Below are positions 18,645 through 27,451 of a DNA stretch of 49,299 nt, in pieces. The notes under the pieces are model-generated. The model did not search any database and had not been told where the DNA came from. It worked only from the letters and a program-made list of their open reading frames with translations. The stretch's first letter is position 1; the number at the start of each line of letters is the position of its first letter. Source of the DNA: Thermoplasmata archaeon (GTDB taxonomy: Archaea > Thermoplasmatota > Thermoplasmata > Lutacidiplasmatales > UBA184); NCBI GenBank assembly GCA_030037855.1, contig JASHPY010000122.1:1-49299 (forward strand), read 5' to 3'. The position numbers and the translations under genes were made by a program.

Positions 18645-18933
18645 GTCGGAGAGTCTCCCGCTCGAGTGAGCCAACGCTCCGTCTCCGCCGGGCCGGTTCG
18701 CCTGGGGGTCGTGATGCGGACCTCCTTGCGCCGCCCACGCCCGGGGCGGCTCGATCGAGCGCGGCGTGCGACCCGCGATCGACACCGGTCTGCGCGCGCG
18801 GGTCGACCGGTCGGGTCGCCGTCGGCATCGCCCACGGCGTCCGGGGAGCTCGGGCGGGGGAGCGACGCACGTGACCGCGAAGCGTCATGGCCGAGCGCGG
18901 CCTCCGCGAGGGGCGCCCGGCGCGGCCCGGTCG

Positions 18934-19758
18934 ATGCCGGTGGAAGCCTCGGTCTCGGGGGAGACGACGGGCCTTCTGTCCCTCATGAAGCCCGGACGGC
19001 TCACCGAGATGCTGGTCCTGCTCGAGCTCGCGACCCGTCCGACCGGTCGACTCCGCCCGATCGCCGATCGTCTCGGGGTGTCGGTGCAGACGATATCGCT
19101 CCTGCAGCGCCGCTTCCGTCGCGAGGGAAAGGTCGCGCTGATCGGCGGCCGGTACCATACGACGCCGGCCGGCGTTGCCGCCCTCCACGCCGAGGTCACG
19201 TCGATTCGCTCCGATCTCGATACCCGGATCGCGGAGCTTCAGTTGGTTCGGGAGTGCCGCGCGATCGCCGCGGAGCCGGTCCGAGTGGGGACGCCGGTGG
19301 TCCTCTACATGAGGGACGGCGACCTGTACGCCCGCGAAGGTTCGGGCGGCGCTTCGCGGGGAGTCGCCCAGGGAAACGCTCGGCCCGGCGAGCTCGTGGA
19401 GGTCCGCCAGCTGGAGGGGGTGCTGCCCCTGCCGCCCGCCAAAGTGCTTTGTCTCGTCGTACCGACTCGGTCCTTGGCCTCGCTGTCGCCCGTCGTCCCC
19501 CAACTGCGACGTGCGCTCGCGCACACGGACGATCACCTGCTCGGGGCCGAGGGCCCGGAAGCGGTGCACGCGATGCGCCGATCGACGTCGCGGTCGTTCG
19601 TTCGATTCGGCGTCGCGGCGGCGGCGCGCGAGGCGGCGTTGCTCGGGGTCCCGGCCGCGGTGGTCGTCTCCGACTCCTACCTGACGTCGTTCCTGCAGCG
19701 GCTGGGCGAGCCGGGGCCGTCCGTCCCGATCGATGTCCGCACGATCGGGACGATCTGA
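18934..19758 (+). CDS. Archaeal winged-helix transcriptional regulator (COG1497-like)
   Basis: HTH LRPIADRLGVSVQTIS, wing GRYHTTPAG, VVLYMRDGDLYA, C-terminal FGVAAAAREAALLG. Start uncertain (18871, 18934 or 18985). Confidence 0.75.
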   Translation: MPVEASVSGETTGLLSLMKPGRLTEMLVLLELATRPTGRLRPIADRLGVSVQTISLLQRRFRREGKVALIGGRYHTTPAGVAALHAEVTSIRSDLDTRIAELQLVRECRAIAAEPVRVGTPVVLYMRDGDLYAREGSGGASRGVAQGNARPGELVEVRQLEGVLPLPPAKVLCLVVPTRSLASLSPVVPQLRRALAHTDDHLLGAEGPEAVHAMRRSTSRSFVRFGVAAAAREAALLGVPAAVVVSDSYLTSFLQRLGEPGPSVPIDVRTIGTI

Positions 19759-19796
19759 GGCGGGCCGGTGGGGTCGGGCGAGCACCGGGAGTATCG

Positions 19797-20570
19797 ATGG
19801 AGGCTCGAGAGGTTTTCTTCGACTTCGGTGGTACGCTGACCTCGCCGGTGAGCGATCTCCGGCCGCTCTTCGAGATCGCGGCCCGTGGCGCCGGTGTCCG
19901 GGTCTCGTGGGAGGAGTTCTCACGTGAGAACGACCGGTTGTGGGAGGATCTTTGGCCGACCGCGCCGGACTATCTTGGCCGTCGACCGTCGTTTGCCGAT
20001 ACCGTCCACGAGGAGGCGCTCCGCCGGGCGGGCGCGAAAGGCCCGGTCCGGTCGATGGTGCGTGCGATCCGTCGCGAGGCCGTTTCGGCCCGCTGGCACC
20101 CGCCGTTCCCCGAAACGGAGGTCGTGCTCGGGCGCCTCCGGAGCCGAGGCTACGGCATCCACGTGCTCAGCAACAACGTCGATTACCTCCCGCTCGTTCT
20201 GAAGAACCTCGGCTGGTCGCGGCTCTTCGACAGCGTCACCTACTCGCAGGAAGTCGGGGCCCAGAAACCCGACGCGCGAGTCTTCCGGTTCGCGCTCGCA
20301 CGGGCCGGGTGCGCGGCCGGCGACGCCGTGCACGTCGGCGACAGCTGGGAAGCCGACTACCTCGGGGCCATGAACGTGGGCCTCCGCGGGATCTGGCTCA
20401 ATCGAGAGGGCCAGGACGGTCACCCGGCCACCGAGGAGATCCGGGACCTTCGCGGACTTCTCGATCGGCTCCCCGGACGCGTCGTCGAGCGCCGGGCGCG
20501 AGCTCGTACGCTCTCCCACCCCGAGACTCGGCCGCGTCGGTCCATCGCCCCGGCGGGCCGACCGTCCTGA
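19797..20570 (+). CDS. HAD-superfamily hydrolase (subfamily IA)
   Basis: VFFDFGGTL, VLSN, SQEVGAQKPD, HVGDSWEADYLGA. Confidence 0.92.
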   Translation: MEAREVFFDFGGTLTSPVSDLRPLFEIAARGAGVRVSWEEFSRENDRLWEDLWPTAPDYLGRRPSFADTVHEEALRRAGAKGPVRSMVRAIRREAVSARWHPPFPETEVVLGRLRSRGYGIHVLSNNVDYLPLVLKNLGWSRLFDSVTYSQEVGAQKPDARVFRFALARAGCAAGDAVHVGDSWEADYLGAMNVGLRGIWLNREGQDGHPATEEIRDLRGLLDRLPGRVVERRARARTLSHPETRPRRSIAPAGRPS

Positions 20571-21110
20571 GCCGGTCGCCGGGCCGTGCCGGTCGAGGCG
20601 CTACCTCGGTCGGACGCCGCGACTCCGACGCGGCGCGGGCGGGGGAGGGGTGCTGGGTCGACGCTGCGCAGACGCGCGCGAGGGCGCGCGGTGATCGAAG
20701 GACCGCGCGATCGGTGGGGCCGAGGAGACCATCGATAGCGGGGGGGCGCCGCCATCGCCCCGGCGGCCGCGGCAGCGAGCCGAGCGACCGATGCGCCGGA
20801 ACGGCGCTGCCGCGAGGAACGGCACACCCCTCGACCGCGCGAGGGGCGGTGGCCCGCGGCTCGCGTGAAACTCGGTCGCTCCCTCACCCGAGTCCCCGGA
20901 ACCTTGGAGGGGTGGCCTCCCAGGTGAGCCCGAGCGGCTCGGCCCCGGAGCGAAGTCGGCCGGGGGCAGCGCTCGCAGCGGAGGAGCACCTCACCGACAG
21001 TTCGCCACGCGCCGAGTCGGCTGCCAACCGCAGTACGGGCACGACGCGCGTGGCTCACGCCGTGACGTGACGACGACACGTATTCGACCGCGTCGGCGCG
21101 GTCGCGCCGG

Positions 21111-23144
21111 TCAGGGCGCCGCGATCCGTCGCATCGGAGGTTCCGTGCCCCGGCGGACCTCGCGGATACGGTCGCGGATGCGGGCCGCTTCCTCGAAGTC
21201 GAGCCGCTCGGCGGCGAGCCGCATCTCCTCCTCGAGGTTGGCGATCAGTAGCGGCATCCGCTCCTTCCACTTCTTCCCGAGTCCCGAGGTGGAGAGGTCA
21301 CCGGACGAGGCCCCCTCCTCGGGGCCGAGGAGCGCGCGGACCTCCTTCTGGATCGACTCGGGGACGATCCCGTGCTCGCGGTTGAACTCGACCTGGACGG
21401 AGCGGCGCCGGGCCATCTCGGCGATCGCTCGGGCCATCGAACCCGTGGTCCGGTCGGCGTACAGCACGACCTTCCCGTCGACGTTCCGACTCGCGCGGCC
21501 CGCGGTCTGGACGATCGACGTCTCGCTCCGGAGGTAGCCCTCCTTGTCGGCGTCGAGGATTGCGACGAAGCTGACCTCGGGGAGGTCGAGACCCTCCCGA
21601 ACGAGGTTGATCCCGACCAGCACGTCGAACCGGCCGACGCGCAGGTCCCGCAGGATCTCGACCCGCTTCAGCGTCTCGACCTCGGAGTGAAGGTACCGGA
21701 CCTTGAACCCCTGGTTCGCGAGGTACGTCGAGAGTTCCTCCGACGTCGCCTTCGTGAGCGTGGTGACCAGCGCCCGGTCCCCCCGGGCGATGCAGGCGCG
21801 TAGCTCGACGATCAAGTCGGCGATGTGGCCCTTCAGGGGTCGGACCTCGATCGGCGGGTCCACGAGACCGGTCGGCCGGATGATCTGCTCGACCAACCCC
21901 TTCGACGCCTTGCGCTCGAACGGACCGGGGGTCGCGGAGACGAAGATGAGCTCGGGGACGTGTTCGAGGAACTCGGGGAAGCGGAGCGGCCGGTTGTCCC
22001 GGCACGACGGAAGGCGCCACCCGAACTCGACCAGGTTGTCCTTCCGGCTTCGGTCGCCCTTGTACATCCCCTGGAGCTGCGGGACCGTGACGTGGGACTC
22101 GTCCAGGAAGACGAGGAGGTCGTCCGGGAAGAAGTCGAGGAGCGTGTACGGCGGCTCGCCCGGGCGCCGCCCGGAGAAGTAGCGGGCGTAGTTCTCGATC
22201 CCCGAGCAGTACCCGGTCTCGCGGATCATCTCGAGGTCGTACTCGACGCGCCCCTGAAGGCGCTGGGCCTCCACGATCTTCTCGGCCTGCCGCAGCTCCG
22301 CGACGCGCGCCACCTTCTCCTTCTCGACCTCGCCGAGGATCGAGCGGACGCGCTCGTCGACCGAGAGAAAGTGCGTCGCGGGGAAGATCGACAGCTGCCC
22401 GAGGTCGCGGACCTCGTCCTGGGTGATGGGGTCGAGCTCGACGATCGCGCCGATGGTGCTGCCGTCGAGCACGATCCGGTGCACGGTCTCCCCCGCGCCC
22501 ATCACGTCGACCGTCCCGCCGCGGACCCGGAAGCGGCCCCGCTTGAGCTCGATGTCGTTGCGCTGGTACTTCATCCGCACCAGCTGCTCGAGGAGGCCCT
22601 GCCGGCCGATCGTCTGGCCGACCGCGAGGTCGACCACGGACGCGCGGTAGTCCTCCGGGGAGCCGAGACCGTAGATGCAGCTCACCGAGGCGACGATCAG
22701 CACGTCCCGACGCGTGAGAAGGGCTTGGGTCGCCCGGTGCCGCAGACGGTCGATCTCCTCGTTGATCGAGGCGTCCTTCTCGATGTAGAGGTCGATCTGG
22801 GGAACGTACGCCTCGGGCTGGTAGTAGTCGTAGTAGCTCACGAAGTACTCGACCGCGTTCCGCGGGAACAGCGCCCGGAACTCGCTGACCAGCTGCGCGG
22901 CAAGCGTCTTGTTCGGGCTCACGACCAGCGTCGGGCGCTGGAGGCGCGCGATCGTGTGCGCCATCGTGAACGTCTTGCCGCTGCCGGTGACGCCGAGCAA
23001 CGTGACGTACTTCTCGCCCCGCTCGACCCGTTCGACGATCGCGTCGATCGCGTTCGGCTGGTCGCCCTGGGGCTGAAGGTCGGTCTCGAGCTCGAAACGA
23101 CCGGGGAGCGCGGTCGGAGCGCCGCGCGGGTCGGTGCCGGTCAC
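21111..23144 (-). CDS. uvrB: Excinuclease ABC subunit B
   Basis: GDQPNAI, GVTGSGKT, FVSYYDYYQPEAY, DESH, SATPG, QTAGRASR, C-terminal UVR domain; GTG 23144 overlaps the larE stop. Confidence 0.97.
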   Translation of the reverse strand: MTGTDPRGAPTALPGRFELETDLQPQGDQPNAIDAIVERVERGEKYVTLLGVTGSGKTFTMAHTIARLQRPTLVVSPNKTLAAQLVSEFRALFPRNAVEYFVSYYDYYQPEAYVPQIDLYIEKDASINEEIDRLRHRATQALLTRRDVLIVASVSCIYGLGSPEDYRASVVDLAVGQTIGRQGLLEQLVRMKYQRNDIELKRGRFRVRGGTVDVMGAGETVHRIVLDGSTIGAIVELDPITQDEVRDLGQLSIFPATHFLSVDERVRSILGEVEKEKVARVAELRQAEKIVEAQRLQGRVEYDLEMIRETGYCSGIENYARYFSGRRPGEPPYTLLDFFPDDLLVFLDESHVTVPQLQGMYKGDRSRKDNLVEFGWRLPSCRDNRPLRFPEFLEHVPELIFVSATPGPFERKASKGLVEQIIRPTGLVDPPIEVRPLKGHIADLIVELRACIARGDRALVTTLTKATSEELSTYLANQGFKVRYLHSEVETLKRVEILRDLRVGRFDVLVGINLVREGLDLPEVSFVAILDADKEGYLRSETSIVQTAGRASRNVDGKVVLYADRTTGSMARAIAEMARRRSVQVEFNREHGIVPESIQKEVRALLGPEEGASSGDLSTSGLGKKWKERMPLLIANLEEEMRLAAERLDFEEAARIRDRIREVRRGTEPPMRRIAAP

Positions 23145-23971
23145 GGCCCGACTCCCCCGCGCGGTCGGCGGGCTCCGTAGCCGCGCGGGTCGAGCTCCAC
23201 GGGATCGAACCCGAGCGACCGCAACACCGCGCGTACCGCACCGGCGGTCGGTTCCGAACGCAGACGCTCGACCTCGTCGGGGTCGACCTCGACTCGGGCT
23301 CCCGAGCCGTGGGTCCGAACCCGAACGCGGCGGAAGCCATGGGCGGCGATCGCCGCTTCGCCGGCCTCGATGCGCCGCAGGAGCTCGACCGTGATCGGGT
23401 CGCCGTGAGCGATCCGGGAAGAGAGGCAGGCGTCGGACGGCTGGTCCCAGTTCGGAAGTCCCCGGTCGCGCGCCGCCGCTCGCACGGTCGTCTTCGTCCA
23501 CCCCGCCCAGACGAGGGGATGGTCGAACCCGGCTTCGTCCATCGCTCGCAGGCCCGGCCGGTCGTCCGTGAGATCGTCGAGGTGAACGCCATCCAGGTAC
23601 TGCCGAACGCCGCGCGGTCCCCCGACCTGTCGGATCGCCGCGGTCTCCACCGAGCGACAGAAGTAGCAGCGGTTCGGCGTGTTCTGCCGGTACGCCGCCA
23701 CCTCGAGCGCGTTGACCTCCACGACCTCGTGGTGGATCCCGATCGTCCGGGCGACGCGTTCCGCGCGATCGATCTCCGAACGGGCCACGGCCGGTCCCGC
23801 CAACGTCACGGCACCGGCCCCCGGACCGAGCGCCTCGAACGCGAACGCGGCCACGAGCGACGAGTCGACGCCTCCCGAGAGGGCGATGAGGGCGGGCCCT
23901 CCGGCACGCAGGCGTTCGACGATCTCGGCCTCCGTGCGGGCTTCCGCCGGCCGAACGAGCGGGCTGACCAT
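23141..23971 (-). CDS. larE: ATP-dependent sulfur transferase LarE (PP-loop)
   Basis: ALSGGVDSS, NTPNRCYFCR, DDRPGLRA, PSDACLSSRI, VRVRTHG. Confidence 0.9.
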   Translation of the reverse strand: MVSPLVRPAEARTEAEIVERLRAGGPALIALSGGVDSSLVAAFAFEALGPGAGAVTLAGPAVARSEIDRAERVARTIGIHHEVVEVNALEVAAYRQNTPNRCYFCRSVETAAIRQVGGPRGVRQYLDGVHLDDLTDDRPGLRAMDEAGFDHPLVWAGWTKTTVRAAARDRGLPNWDQPSDACLSSRIAHGDPITVELLRRIEAGEAAIAAHGFRRVRVRTHGSGARVEVDPDEVERLRSEPTAGAVRAVLRSLGFDPVELDPRGYGARRPRGGVGP

Positions 23972-24113
23972 GGAAGGAGGGCGCGAGGAGGCAGCGGGCT
24001 AAACGGTTTGGCACCCGGGGGTGCCGCCGGCGCCCGGATTGGCCCGTCGCTCCGACATGAGACTCGGTGCGGCGGCCCGAGCGCATAGCTCCAAGAGCGA
24101 GCGCGTGCTCGCG

Positions 24114-24557
24114 ATGTCGATGCAGGCGATCCGGGACGGCACGGAGTGGATGCTTCGCCTCGACGACGGGCAGGACCTGTTCGAGTCCCTGACCGCCTTC
24201 GCCGAGCGGGAGAAGGTCGGCGCCGCGGCGATCGTCTCGGGGATCGGCATGTTCCGTCGGGCGACCTTCGGTTACTGGGACGGGCAGCAGTACCAGCCGC
24301 ACGAACTGACGGTTCCGCACGAGGTCGTTGCGTTACACGGGACGATCGCACGAGCGGATGGGAGCCCCTCCATTCACCTTCACGGGGCGGCCGCCGGGCC
24401 GGACCATCGCCTGGTCGGCGGGCACCTCCTACGCGCCACGGTAGGCGTGTTGCAGGAGATGGTCGTGCGCACGTTCCCCGGTCGCACGTTCGGTCGCCCA
24501 CTGGTGGAGAGCTGGGGTCTTCGCATGCTGGACCTCGAGCCTGGCGAGCACCCGTAA
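24114..24557 (+). CDS. PPC/DUF296 domain protein
   Basis: LRLDDGQDL, SGIG, EVVALHGTI, HLH, GGHL. Confidence 0.88.
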   Translation: MSMQAIRDGTEWMLRLDDGQDLFESLTAFAEREKVGAAAIVSGIGMFRRATFGYWDGQQYQPHELTVPHEVVALHGTIARADGSPSIHLHGAAAGPDHRLVGGHLLRATVGVLQEMVVRTFPGRTFGRPLVESWGLRMLDLEPGEHP

Positions 24558-24604
24558 CGAACCCGTCACGCCTTTCCGCCCGCTCTCGGTCGCGCGGGGC
24601 TCTG

Positions 24605-27451
24605 ATGGTCGCTGACCCCGCGCCCGCGCTCCCCGGCATCGATCCACGGCTCGCTGACGCGATGCACCGCCGCGGCATCCGGTCGTACACGGAGATCCAA
24701 GAGCTCGCGCTTCCGCTCCTCGGGACCGGGTCGGACGCGTTGCTCCTGTCACCGACGGGGACCGGCAAGACCGAGGCCGCGCTGCTCCCGTTGCTCTCGC
24801 GCCGCCTCGCCGAGCCCTCGCCCGCGATCTCCTTGCTCTACGTCACGCCGCTGCGCGCGTTGAACCGCGACCTCGAGCACCGACTCGTCGCGCTCGTGCG
24901 GGACGTGGGACTGACCGCGGCGGTCCGCCATGGGGACACGACGGCGTCCGCCCGTCTCGCCCAGTCGCGGTCGCCGCCGGACCTGCTGCTCACGACCCCC
25001 GAGACCCTGCAGATCTTGCTGGTCGGACGGCGCCTTCGGGAGGGCCTGCGGCACGTCCGCACCGTGGTCGTCGACGAGGTCCACGAGCTCGTGGGCTCCG
25101 ACCGGGGCGCTCAGCTGGGGCTCACGCTCGAACGGCTCGATGCGTGGACCGGGCGCAAGGTCCGCCGCATCGGACTCTCGGCGACGGTCGGCAACCCGGA
25201 GGAGGTCGCCCGGTTCCTCTCTCCCGCGCCGCGCCGGATCGAGGTCGCGGTCGCGCGCGAGCCGCGAGACCTCGTGCTCACCGCTCGCCGTCCCGGCGCG
25301 GGCCGGTCGCCGCTCCCAGCCGAGCTGGTGAGGGAGCTGAAGGCCGACGCGACGTTGCTCGAGGGGCTGCGCGCGGTCGAGGAGGAGATCCGCGCGCACC
25401 GGACGACTCTCGTCTTCGTGAACACTCGACCGACGGCCGAGGGGCTCGCCGCCCGGCTGAACCGACTCGCGCCCGACCTTCCGATCGCCGTCCACCACGG
25501 GTCGCTTTCGCGAGAGGTCCGAGAGGAGGCAGAACGGGCGTTCCGCGACGGGGAGCTGCGGGCGCTGGTCGCGACGTCGTCGCTCGAGCTGGGGATCGAC
25601 ATCGGGGTCGTGGACCACGTCGTGCAGTTCGGCTCGCCGCATCAGGTCGGCCGACTCCTCCAGCGGGTCGGACGCTCGGGTCACCGGCGAGATCGCACGA
25701 TCCACGGCGTCGTGATCTCGCTCGACGACGACGACCTCGAGGAGGCGGCGGTCCTCGCCCGCCGCGCGGATGCGGGCGCGGTGGAAGCCACGTCCTGGCG
25801 GACCCGCAACCGTCTCGCGGCCGCGCAGCAGGTCGTCGCCACGCTCCGGGCCGAGGGCACGGTCGACCGGGAGACGACCGTCCGCACGCTCGGCCACGCC
25901 GCCGCGGTCGCCGACCTCGACGCCCACGACTGGGACGAGCTGTTCGGCTACCTCGTCGACCTCGGGCTCGCGCGGGACTCCGCCGGCCAGCTGACCTCGG
26001 GTCGCGGGACCCTCCATCGGTTCTACTCGTCGCTCTCGTTGATCCCGGACGAGCGGACGTACCGCCTGCGCGACATCGCGACCCGGCGCACGATCGGCAC
26101 GCTGGACGAGCGGTTCGTCCTCACTCAGATCCTCGCGCAGCCGGACGAGATCTTCCTCCTGCACGGTCGGACGTGGAAGGTCGTCGAGTACCGGGACGGG
26201 GAGCTCCTGGTCGAGACGGTGAGCGAGATCGGGCGGGAGCCGCGATGGGCCGGGGAGGACCTGCCGGTGCCGTTCGACGTGGCCCAGGAGATCGGACGCC
26301 TGCGTCGAGAGGGCGGCTTCGGCGACTATCCGCTGTCGGCCGAGGACCGCGCCCGACTCGAGTCACGCCGGGCCGCCGCGCTCGCCGCGAACGGGCTCCC
26401 GACCGACCGTCGGGTCACCGTGACGGCGAGTGGCCGGGTCGTGGTGTACGGGGCGTGCTTCGGGACCCGGACCAACGAGACGCTCGCCCTCGCGACCGCC
26501 GGCCTCTTGACCGCGCGTCTCGGGGCCCGGGTCGAGGTCTCCGCCGTCGAGCCGACCTGGTTCGTCCTCGAGCTGCCCGTCGCGGTCGACGCGCCGACGC
26601 TGGTCGACGCGTTCTCGGTCGACCCGACGACGCTCCTTCCGCTGGTCGAGCGACTCGTCCCCGCCGGCCTCGAGTACCGGTGGGTCTTCCTCTCGGTCGC
26701 ACGGAAGCTCGGGGTGCTTCCGTCCTCCGCGGACCCTCGGGACCTACGGACCCTCGAGCCGTTGCTCGAGGCGGCGCGCACGACCCCGCTGGGCGAGGAG
26801 GTGCTGGACAAGACCCTCCACGACCGGTTCGATGTCGGGCACGCTCGGACGGTGCTCGAGGGCGTCCGTGACGGGTCGATCCAGGTCGTCGCCACCGGTC
26901 CGTCCGCCCTATCCGACGGCCCGCTCGAGCGGCTCACCTGGCGGACGCTGCCCGACACGCCGCCCCCGACCCTGTTGAAGGCGGTGCGTGAGCGGCTCGA
27001 GAAGGAGCCGCTGGTCCTCGTCTGCCTCCGCTGTGGCTTCACGCGTACCACCACGCCGACTCGGTACCGCGCGGAGGGCGGCAGCCGATGCCTGCTCTGC
27101 CATGGGGCGCTCTCGGCGGTCCTGTCGCCTCGGCGCACCGACGAGATCGACCGACTCTCCCGATACGCGCGTGACAAGTGGCGACCGACCCGACCGACCG
27201 CGTCGCGCGGGAAGCGGCGAGCCCGCCCGCCGTCGACCGACGTCGAGAACCTCGTCCGCGCCGGATACACGTCGGCCGAGCTGCTCGCCCACTACGGGGA
27301 ACGCGCCTTGCTCGCCCTCGCCGCTCGAGGGATCGGGCCCGAGACCGCCCGCCGTCTCCTGATGCGGCTGTATCGGGACGACGATGCGTTCTTCATCGAG
27401 ATCCTGCGCGCGGAGCGCAGCTACGCGAAGACCCGTGCGTTCTGGGACTAG
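24605..27451 (+). CDS. lhr: Lhr-family SF2 DEAD/DEAH helicase with Cys-rich C-terminus
   Basis: SPTGTGKT, PLRALNRD, TTPETL, DEVH, SAT, HHGSLS, ATSSLELGIDIG, QRVGRSGH, CLRC..CLLC, ARGIGPETA. Confidence 0.93.
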   Translation: MVADPAPALPGIDPRLADAMHRRGIRSYTEIQELALPLLGTGSDALLLSPTGTGKTEAALLPLLSRRLAEPSPAISLLYVTPLRALNRDLEHRLVALVRDVGLTAAVRHGDTTASARLAQSRSPPDLLLTTPETLQILLVGRRLREGLRHVRTVVVDEVHELVGSDRGAQLGLTLERLDAWTGRKVRRIGLSATVGNPEEVARFLSPAPRRIEVAVAREPRDLVLTARRPGAGRSPLPAELVRELKADATLLEGLRAVEEEIRAHRTTLVFVNTRPTAEGLAARLNRLAPDLPIAVHHGSLSREVREEAERAFRDGELRALVATSSLELGIDIGVVDHVVQFGSPHQVGRLLQRVGRSGHRRDRTIHGVVISLDDDDLEEAAVLARRADAGAVEATSWRTRNRLAAAQQVVATLRAEGTVDRETTVRTLGHAAAVADLDAHDWDELFGYLVDLGLARDSAGQLTSGRGTLHRFYSSLSLIPDERTYRLRDIATRRTIGTLDERFVLTQILAQPDEIFLLHGRTWKVVEYRDGELLVETVSEIGREPRWAGEDLPVPFDVAQEIGRLRREGGFGDYPLSAEDRARLESRRAAALAANGLPTDRRVTVTASGRVVVYGACFGTRTNETLALATAGLLTARLGARVEVSAVEPTWFVLELPVAVDAPTLVDAFSVDPTTLLPLVERLVPAGLEYRWVFLSVARKLGVLPSSADPRDLRTLEPLLEAARTTPLGEEVLDKTLHDRFDVGHARTVLEGVRDGSIQVVATGPSALSDGPLERLTWRTLPDTPPPTLLKAVRERLEKEPLVLVCLRCGFTRTTTPTRYRAEGGSRCLLCHGALSAVLSPRRTDEIDRLSRYARDKWRPTRPTASRGKRRARPPSTDVENLVRAGYTSAELLAHYGERALLALAARGIGPETARRLLMRLYRDDDAFFIEILRAERSYAKTRAFWD

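Noticed and set aside
5646..21110. tRNA-anchored integrative island carrying the cob cluster
   Set aside because: The cluster lies at the tRNA 5' side, and no integrase or duplicated tRNA 3' end (att) was seen.
20570..21110. RNase P RNA or SRP RNA in the large intergenic gap
   Set aside because: The P4 signature strands and the SRP helix-8 motif could not be found on either strand.
22820..22840. GTAGTAG repeats inside uvrB (and at ~4078 in the VOC gene) matching the array arm
   Set aside because: They are simply Tyr-Tyr codons (YYDYY, NYY) on the minus strand and have no inverted partner.
21111..24320. 1069-aa UvrB and similar apparent N-terminal fusions (CobT 509 aa, BtuD 621 aa, HAD 634 aa, GlyRS 892 aa, Lhr 1101 aa)
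   Set aside because: The extensions are Arg/Pro/Gly-rich read-through frames overlapping real neighbouring genes, an artefact of stop-codon scarcity at high GC.
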